A DNA stretch of 64,000 nt, taken from positions 1 through 64,000 of the IMG/VR virus record IMGVR_UViG_3300020390_000002, one strand, 5' to 3'. Position 1 is the first letter of the stretch. Each line of letters opens with the position of its first letter. Both the position numbers and the translations under genes were made by a program. Below the pieces are notes generated by a model. It saw nothing but the letters and a program-made list of their open reading frames with translations. It was not told the origin of the DNA and did no database searches. Source of the DNA: a virus. Shown here piece by piece: positions 58,489 through 64,000 of this stretch.

Positions 58489-58573
58489 GCTATTCAACAA
58501 CGTAATGGTCCCCCTGTCGGCGGTGTCCTTTGTCGCCATGCTGGGCTGGGCGATCTACTACATCACCCACTAG
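58481..58573 (+). CDS. 30-aa single-TM protein
   Basis: MLELFNNVMVPLSAVSFVAMLGWAIYYITH; GGAGG RBS. Confidence 0.55.
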   Translation: MLELFNNVMVPLSAVSFVAMLGWAIYYITH

Positions 58574-58587
58574 ATCGGACAGTGCAT

Positions 58588-58616
58588 AAAAAGCGGGCCA
58601 TCGGCCCGCTTTTTTT
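58588..58616. terminator. Bidirectional terminator
   Basis: AAAAAGCGGGCC-ATC-GGCCCGCTTTTTT. Confidence 0.9.
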
Positions 58617-58637
58617 ATGCCTGCGATCCGCGAGCGG

Positions 58638-59660
58638 TCAGGCGGATTCGGGGAACAGCTCCAGCAACTTGGCGGTCTCGTCATTGGCCGCAATACGTTC
58701 GATCAGCGTCGAGCGGGGGAATTTCTTGCCGTCCCATTCGATGTTGTTGCCCGCCTTCTCGAGCCGACCCATTTCCAGCAGCGCGTCGATGCTCGAGCCG
58801 ATCACGTCGAACTTGCCGGTGCCGTCCTCCTGGTAGAGGAAGTCCCATTCGCACTTGCCGAACGGGCGATAGACCTTGTTCTTGATGATCTCGGCGCCGA
58901 TGCGCTGACCGATCCGAACCTTCGCACCGCCGACCGTCTTCGTGAGCTGGCTGCGACCGAGCTTCACACGCACCGACGCATAGAACTCGGGCGCGTTGCC
59001 ACCCGGGGTCGTCGTCGGATCGCCGAACATGACGCCGATCTTGGTGCGCGCCTGATTCAGGAACAGCGCCAGCATTTCATACTGCTCGCACCACTGCGCC
59101 AGTGCCGGGAAGCTGGCAGAGGTCGCACGTGCCAGCGCAGTGTTGTCGGACATATTCAGCGCAGCGACACCCTTGTCCTCGATGTTGTTGAACTTCGATT
59201 GCGGCACCATAGAGGCAAGCGAGTCGAACACGCAGACGATCGGGGCGTCCGGGTCGATCAGGCTCTTCTCGCGGATCACCTTCGCCATGTTCATGGCGGT
59301 AGCGATCGACTCCTCGAACGTCTTGGGCGCCTTGTAGACCCACTGGCCCGGATCGACATTCAGGCCGAGCGCGACGCCCTGTCCCACGTCGAAGCTGCGC
59401 TCGTGGTCGAAGAAGGCGGCGACGCCGCCGTTACGCTGTGCGGTCGCCATCGCGCAGGTCGCGATCGCGGTCTTGCCGGAGGACGGCGGGCCGAACATTT
59501 CGACGATACGGCCCAGGGGAAAACCGCCGCCGTGATAGTGGCCGGAGATTTCGTAGTCGAGCTTGGGGTAGCCGGTCGACAGGAACATGCGGACTTCCTG
59601 CCGCGGATCGTTGATGCCGATCGCGGCCTCCAGCTCAGCAGCCAGGTCCTTTACACTCAT
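58638..59660 (-). CDS. recA: RecA-like recombinase
   Basis: GRIVEMFGPPSSGKT, DSLASM, NQARTKIGVMFGDPTTTPGGNA.EFYASVR. Confidence 0.95.
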   Translation of the reverse strand: MSVKDLAAELEAAIGINDPRQEVRMFLSTGYPKLDYEISGHYHGGGFPLGRIVEMFGPPSSGKTAIATCAMATAQRNGGVAAFFDHERSFDVGQGVALGLNVDPGQWVYKAPKTFEESIATAMNMAKVIREKSLIDPDAPIVCVFDSLASMVPQSKFNNIEDKGVAALNMSDNTALARATSASFPALAQWCEQYEMLALFLNQARTKIGVMFGDPTTTPGGNAPEFYASVRVKLGRSQLTKTVGGAKVRIGQRIGAEIIKNKVYRPFGKCEWDFLYQEDGTGKFDVIGSSIDALLEMGRLEKAGNNIEWDGKKFPRSTLIERIAANDETAKLLELFPESA

Positions 59661-59669
59661 GGTGCCTCC

Positions 59670-60602
59670 TTATCGGGAAAAGCGTTCGGCCCAGAGGTCG
59701 AACTTTTGGAGAATCGATTGGAAATTCAGCTCACGACACAGGCGCTCGAAGGCGTCCATGTCGGGCTTGGGGTTGCCCACCTGCAGCTGTAGCCCGGTCG
59801 GGTCCGTTTGCAGGTTCATCAGCTTGAAGTTGCGCTTGAACACGTCCAGGCGCCCGACATGCTCATGCTTCGGACAGGGCTTGTTCTCGGCGAGGTCGCG
59901 GTAGGGCTTGGGAATCTTCTGGCCAGCCAGTTCGCCGCCGTTGTACGCCTTCACGAAGGCCGGCACCGAGCCAAACTCCGCCAGGAGCTCCGCGGCCTTC
60001 TGCTCACCGAGCATGCCGACCGGATGAATGTTGTCCGAGTTGTCACCCTGCAGCGCCTTGCCCTGCAGGAAGGCAGCCGGCGTGGCGTATCCGGTGAGAT
60101 CGAGAAAGGTCTCGTGGTGGACGAACTTGTAGTTGTCGTCGCGGGCATTCATCCAGGCGCAATTCGGGCGCACCAGCTGAATCCAGTCGCGGTCGCCGGT
60201 GACCAGGATCACGCCATTGTTCGGCTTGGCCAGCAGTCGCCGCGCGAGCACGCCGGCGAGATCGTCGGCCTCCTGGCCCGGATCGTAGATGGCGCCGACA
60301 CCCAGCGTCTCGCAGACGCGCTTGATGTCGTCCTTCTGGTCACGGAATGCGGCCCGCATCTTGGCGATCTTCGGGTCCATCTCCCGCTTTTCCTTGTATT
60401 GCGGGTAGAGGTCGTAGCGCCACTGGCTATGCCCGTCCCAGAGAACGATGATGCGTGCGTGGGGCTTTTCGCCGATCAGGAAGTTCAGCTTCTTGGCGAA
60501 GCCGAAGATCGCCTGCACCTCGCGATTGCCGACCGTCAGTCGGGCTGACTGCTGTGCGGCGTATCCGACCGAGTGCGCGTCGATAAGGTATGTCGTTTTC
60601 AT
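59670..60602 (-). CDS. 5'-3' exonuclease (Pol I N-terminal / RNase H type)
   Basis: LIDA, WDG, YK..R, EADD, TGDRDW.QL, GDNSDNI. Confidence 0.92.
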   Translation of the reverse strand: MKTTYLIDAHSVGYAAQQSARLTVGNREVQAIFGFAKKLNFLIGEKPHARIIVLWDGHSQWRYDLYPQYKEKREMDPKIAKMRAAFRDQKDDIKRVCETLGVGAIYDPGQEADDLAGVLARRLLAKPNNGVILVTGDRDWIQLVRPNCAWMNARDDNYKFVHHETFLDLTGYATPAAFLQGKALQGDNSDNIHPVGMLGEQKAAELLAEFGSVPAFVKAYNGGELAGQKIPKPYRDLAENKPCPKHEHVGRLDVFKRNFKLMNLQTDPTGLQLQVGNPKPDMDAFERLCRELNFQSILQKFDLWAERFSR

Positions 60603-60672
60603 TCTTGCCCCTCTAGGAAGCAGGGCCGGATTAACCGGCCCTGCGGGTTGCGCCTTGTGTCCGCGACCGGGC

Positions 60673-61659
60673 TTACGAGCCCAGCGCGTCCAGCTCGGCC
60701 ATCAGGGCATCCACGTCCTCGTCGTCCGAGCTGGCCGCAGCCTGGACCGGGTTCGCGGCCGGAGCAGCAGCCGGAGCAGCAGCCGGAGCAGCAGCCGGAG
60801 CCGGGGCAGCAGCCGGGGCCGGAGCCGGGGCAGCAGCGGCCGGAGCGGCGGGCTCCGACTCGGTGAAGTCGGCATCGCTGACGTCACTGAGGTCTTCGTC
60901 GAGGCTGATTTCACTCAGACTCGGCGCCTTCGCAGCGGCAGGAGCGTGCGTCAGAGCGCCCGCGCCCGTCGAAGCCGTCACCAGACCGCGCGTTGCGTTG
61001 ACCACGCCCAGCGCCTTCTGCAGACCCGCCTCGTATTCCTGATCGACGTACTCGTCGAGGTTGGTCACCTTGTCCATGATCGACGGATCGATCGCGGTGG
61101 ACTTGACGGCCACGTTGACGGTGTATTTCGTGCTCAGGCCGGTGCCGTCGCGTTCGATCATCACGTCATAGCCTTCGGCGAAGTCGAAGATATTGACGCC
61201 TTCGTCGTAGTAGTTCTTGGCGACGTTGCAGAACTGCTCGAACACGGTCATCGGCATTTCCAGCACGACCGGCGTGTTCGGCTCGGAACCATCACGACGC
61301 AGCGCGTTGACCAGCATGCGCGGGGTGGCCTTGCTCGCTTCCAGCGCCTTGATCGTGGCGTCGTCGTGCGCGTCACGGATGCCCTCGCTGATCAGCTCGC
61401 ACACCCGGCACGGACGGCCATAGGTGGCCTCTGCGCAGATGTAGACGGCCTTGACCTCGTCGCTGCCCGGCGCCTTCAGGAAGTGAACGCCGTAGCCGTG
61501 GAAGAACGGCTGCTCTTCACCATTCGGGCCTTTCGGGCGCCAGGACGGAAGCACGCGATAGCGCGACTTGCCCGGCGTGATCTTGGCCGTGCGCTCACGG
61601 CGGCCCGAGCGGGCCTGCGCCTGCTTCTGCGCGGCATTAAGAATGTCCAACATGCTCAT
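60673..61659 (-). CDS. gp32-like single-stranded DNA-binding protein
   Basis: RVLPSW, HF, C...YGRPC.VC, R.GTGL.TKY; (PAAA)n linker at about 60759-60845; acidic tail. Confidence 0.8.
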   Translation of the reverse strand: MSMLDILNAAQKQAQARSGRRERTAKITPGKSRYRVLPSWRPKGPNGEEQPFFHGYGVHFLKAPGSDEVKAVYICAEATYGRPCRVCELISEGIRDAHDDATIKALEASKATPRMLVNALRRDGSEPNTPVVLEMPMTVFEQFCNVAKNYYDEGVNIFDFAEGYDVMIERDGTGLSTKYTVNVAVKSTAIDPSIMDKVTNLDEYVDQEYEAGLQKALGVVNATRGLVTASTGAGALTHAPAAAKAPSLSEISLDEDLSDVSDADFTESEPAAPAAAAPAPAPAAAPAPAAAPAAAPAAAPAANPVQAAASSDDEDVDALMAELDALGS

Positions 61660-61722
61660 AGATAGGTTCCTCTTAGTTGTGCAGTCGTAAATGTAAGTCA
61701 GTGGTGATTTATTACTGCGATG

Positions 61723-62235
61723 TTAATGTTCTCGTCCAACCTGGCCTGCGATTCGGGTTGCCTCGTCACGAGCCGAGCCGCCTGAACCCGTTGTTCCGCT
61801 AACGGTGACACGGGCCTGGCCCTTCATTTCTTCGAGCTGACGCTTACCGACCTGCACGAGCATGTCGCGACGCTGCTTGAAGGCTTCGAGCGCGTTACGG
61901 GCCATTTCCGCGATCATGCGCGAGTCATTGGCCAGCTTCGCTGCCTGGATATAGTCGGGGTGCAGGATGATCCGCTCCTCGACCATGTTCTCCGTCACTT
62001 TCTTGCCGCCCTCCGCGGCATCCTCGCGCACCGCATGGGCGACACGCGCGCGCACGTGGGTCATGTGCGTCTTGAACCGATCCGCCTGATGCTGCGCCTG
62101 CGCGTAAATGTTCCCGTAGTAGGAATACAGCGACGCCTGCTGCATCATGGCCGTGTCGATGTCCACGTCCGAAAAAGCGACCTGCTCCTTGAGCTTCGCA
62201 GGGTCGATGAACTTCTTGAAAACAGGAGCGGTCAT
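61723..62235 (-). CDS. UvsY-like recombination mediator
   Basis: Helical; KVTENMVEE.I..HPDY...EAFKQRRDML. Confidence 0.6.
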   Translation of the reverse strand: MTAPVFKKFIDPAKLKEQVAFSDVDIDTAMMQQASLYSYYGNIYAQAQHQADRFKTHMTHVRARVAHAVREDAAEGGKKVTENMVEERIILHPDYIQAAKLANDSRMIAEMARNALEAFKQRRDMLVQVGKRQLEEMKGQARVTVSGTTGSGGSARDEATRIAGQVGREH

Positions 62236-62263
62236 AGAATTTTGTCCTCTTTCTGATGAATGA

Positions 62264-62306
62264 ACTATAGTCGTCGCTGAGTAGAAAGTCAATCAGCGGT
62301 GACTTA
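62264..62306 (-). promoter_or_regulatory. Promoter with overlapping operator
   Basis: ACC-N5-TTGACT-N17-TATAGT; palindrome at 62289-62306. Confidence 0.8.
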
Positions 62307-62310
62307 CTTT

Positions 62311-63489
62311 TTACACCGCTTCAGCGGCCTTCACGAACACTTCGTCCAGAAGGTTCTGGCGATCCGGCTCGAACGAGATCATCCCCGGATTGAGGCCGAA
62401 GATGATCGTGGCGTCGCGGCGCGTGTCGTACACGGCCTGCCCGCACAGTGCCTCCCAGCCGCCTTTGGCCTCCGGCACGAGGTGGCGTATCGACTTCGAG
62501 CCCAGCGCGATGATGACCGGCGGCTTCAGCAGCTCGATCTCCCGATCCAGGTAGCCGCTGCAGGCGTTGATCATAGCGTTGGTGATGCCGTCCTCGCCCT
62601 TGATCGACTTCACCAGCGTCGTGAAGTAGCCGTCCGAGACCTTGAGCCCGGCGTTCTTGAGCGCGGTCACAAGGAAGTTGGACGCCTTACCCTCGATCAG
62701 CTTGCCGGCCTGGTCCTCCGACCAATTCGGGCAATCGGAAACGACCATGAACTTCGGCTTGCTGCCCAGGCGCGGCAGCGGGTGAACACCGCCGGCGAGC
62801 GGGCACTTGTCGCAGACGCGGGTCTCGTTGATCAGGTGGATGATCTTCGCCTTCACGAACTTGTCGACCACCACCTGCCGATCCGCCTTGACCACCTGAT
62901 TGATCAGGCCGGGCAGCAGCTCGATCTGATCGCGCAGACGATCCGGGTGGCGGGCGTCGATCGACCCCGCTTCGATGGTCGCGAACGCGCCCACGCGGCG
63001 CAGACGATCCTGCACCAGCGAATTGCAGGCGCGCAGGCTCACGTTCTCGATCAGGTCGGTGATCGACTCGAACTTCCCGCCGGACTTGTCGCGCGCCTTC
63101 ATGATCGCCTGGCTGCCCTTGTCGGACACCCCCTTGACTGCAGAGAACGGCATCACGATCGTGGGCTTGGCGCGGCCCGTGTCCCAGGCGATCTCGAAGC
63201 GGTCGGTCGACTCGTTGATATGCGGCGGCATGACCAGGATGCCCTCAGCCTCGATCGCGCTCACCAGCGACGGCCGGCGGTCCTCGTCGGCCATGTCCAG
63301 CGATGCCGCGAAGAACTCGGCCGCGTAGTAGGTCTTGAGATACATGGACCAATAACTGATGACGCTGTATTCGCACGAATGTGACTTGTTGAAGGCGTAA
63401 CCGGCGAACTTCTCGATGCGCGAAAACAGCGCGTGCGCGGCGGTCTCCTCCATGCCAGGGTCGGCAACACTTACGCTCTTAATTTTCAT
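62311..63489 (-). CDS. dnaE: DNA polymerase III alpha C-terminal fragment fused to a UDG-like domain
   Basis: FAGYAFNKSHS..Y..ISY...YLK..Y..EF; PPHINES; VKGV; then CDKC...C..YLDREIELLKP..IIALG. Confidence 0.9.
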   Translation of the reverse strand: MKIKSVSVADPGMEETAAHALFSRIEKFAGYAFNKSHSCEYSVISYWSMYLKTYYAAEFFAASLDMADEDRRPSLVSAIEAEGILVMPPHINESTDRFEIAWDTGRAKPTIVMPFSAVKGVSDKGSQAIMKARDKSGGKFESITDLIENVSLRACNSLVQDRLRRVGAFATIEAGSIDARHPDRLRDQIELLPGLINQVVKADRQVVVDKFVKAKIIHLINETRVCDKCPLAGGVHPLPRLGSKPKFMVVSDCPNWSEDQAGKLIEGKASNFLVTALKNAGLKVSDGYFTTLVKSIKGEDGITNAMINACSGYLDREIELLKPPVIIALGSKSIRHLVPEAKGGWEALCGQAVYDTRRDATIIFGLNPGMISFEPDRQNLLDEVFVKAAEAV

Positions 63490-64000
63490 TTTGCCTCCGC
63501 CAGCTTTCGCTGAATTTGTGTTCTTGAAAAGCCCAGTTCGCCAGCAATCTGATGAAGCGTTAAGCCCCGACCCTTCAGGTTCAGCGCTTGACTTACGTCA
63601 GCCGCAGTCATCCTTCGGAGCTTGCGTTTCTTGTCGGCTAGTGGCCCCGCTACGTGTTTGTATTTTTGCCCCGAGCAAACACGCCAGACGTAGGGCGCGG
63701 TCAACCCAGTTGATCGCGCTATTTCGTCATAAGTAGCTCCCCCCTCGCGTAGATTGCGAATCGTCACCACCTGGTCCGGGCGCAACTTCGACCAGCTCAA
63801 GTCGATGTCGCTCGGCTGCGTCCCGTGAACCAGCTTGTCGGCGCAGTTTTCAGAGGGTGTGCCGTAGCGGAGGTTTTCGATCCCGTCATTACCCGGCACG
63901 TTGTCACCGTGCAGAACGTAATAGCCGGCGGGACACTCGCCGAGGAATGCCTCCGCGACGAGCCTATGTCGAAACTCCCAGTGTCTAACGCCGTACAGGC
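63486..64000 (-). mobile_element. HNH endonuclease ORF with two C-terminal HTHs (partial) interrupting dnaE
   Basis: Frame open to window end: HRLVAEAFLGECP...VLHGD....ND..ENLRYGT.SEN; stop overlaps dnaE-C ATG. Confidence 0.88.

Larger units (their letters stand above)
1764..62306. promoter_or_regulatory. Dispersed 18-bp palindrome TAAGTCAGCGCTGACTTA, about 27 copies
   Basis: Starts at 1764, 3806, 8952, 12944, 13870, 19684, 22402, 24788, 24992, 30159, 30687, 31878, 32106, 35288, 36900, 38121, 41578, 41600, 42064, 46432, 46519, 48794, 48904, 51341, 56833, 61694, 62289. Confidence 0.92.

Noticed and set aside
60759-60845. 12-bp tandem repeat as a regulatory or mobile element
   Set aside because: Encodes the in-frame PAAA linker of the SSB.
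1764-62306. 18-bp palindromes as CRISPR repeats or IS ends
   Set aside because: Dispersed at irregular distances, promoter-associated, no transposase.

Overview
A 64-kb segment of a large, high-GC tailed dsDNA phage. By recollection of family gene content, not a search, it resembles SSU5/pHCM2-like phage-plasmids. Layout: (i) 1-8950, minus strand: scaffold start, portal, terminase subunits, then a ParB-ParB-ABC ATPase-GNAT cluster. (ii) 8972-18676, plus strand: SF2 helicase, lytic transglycosylase, DHH phosphoesterase, RtcB and small ORFs. (iii) 18677-25460: convergence zone and candidate genome end, with a G-run repeat, a 1.4-kb block almost free of GG[CGT]/[ACG]CC, and GG/CC-dense non-coding spacers. 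(iv) 25460-46415: many small early-type minus-strand genes with several paralog pairs, plus DnaQ-like exonuclease, Nmad5, a kinase and a ThyA with an in-frame HNH insert. (v) 46576-64000: nrdB, HNH, nrdA, RuvC, SbcCD, RecA, 5'-3' exonuclease, SSB, UvsY-like protein and a DnaE C-terminal ORF separated from its N-terminal part by an HNH ORF. Main candidate for an undescribed system: a 'GGB code'. The trinucleotide class GG[CGT]/[ACG]CC is purged from the putative first-expressed genes, concentrated in the flanking spacers, and placed at one fixed position (5 nt upstream of the -35 box) in about 19 promoters. The terminase-linked ParB/ABC/GNAT cluster is the candidate DNA-modifying writer. A separate 18-bp palindrome (TAAGTCAGCGCTGACTTA) occurs about 27 times, almost always between genes. 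All counts were made by eye and need computational confirmation.
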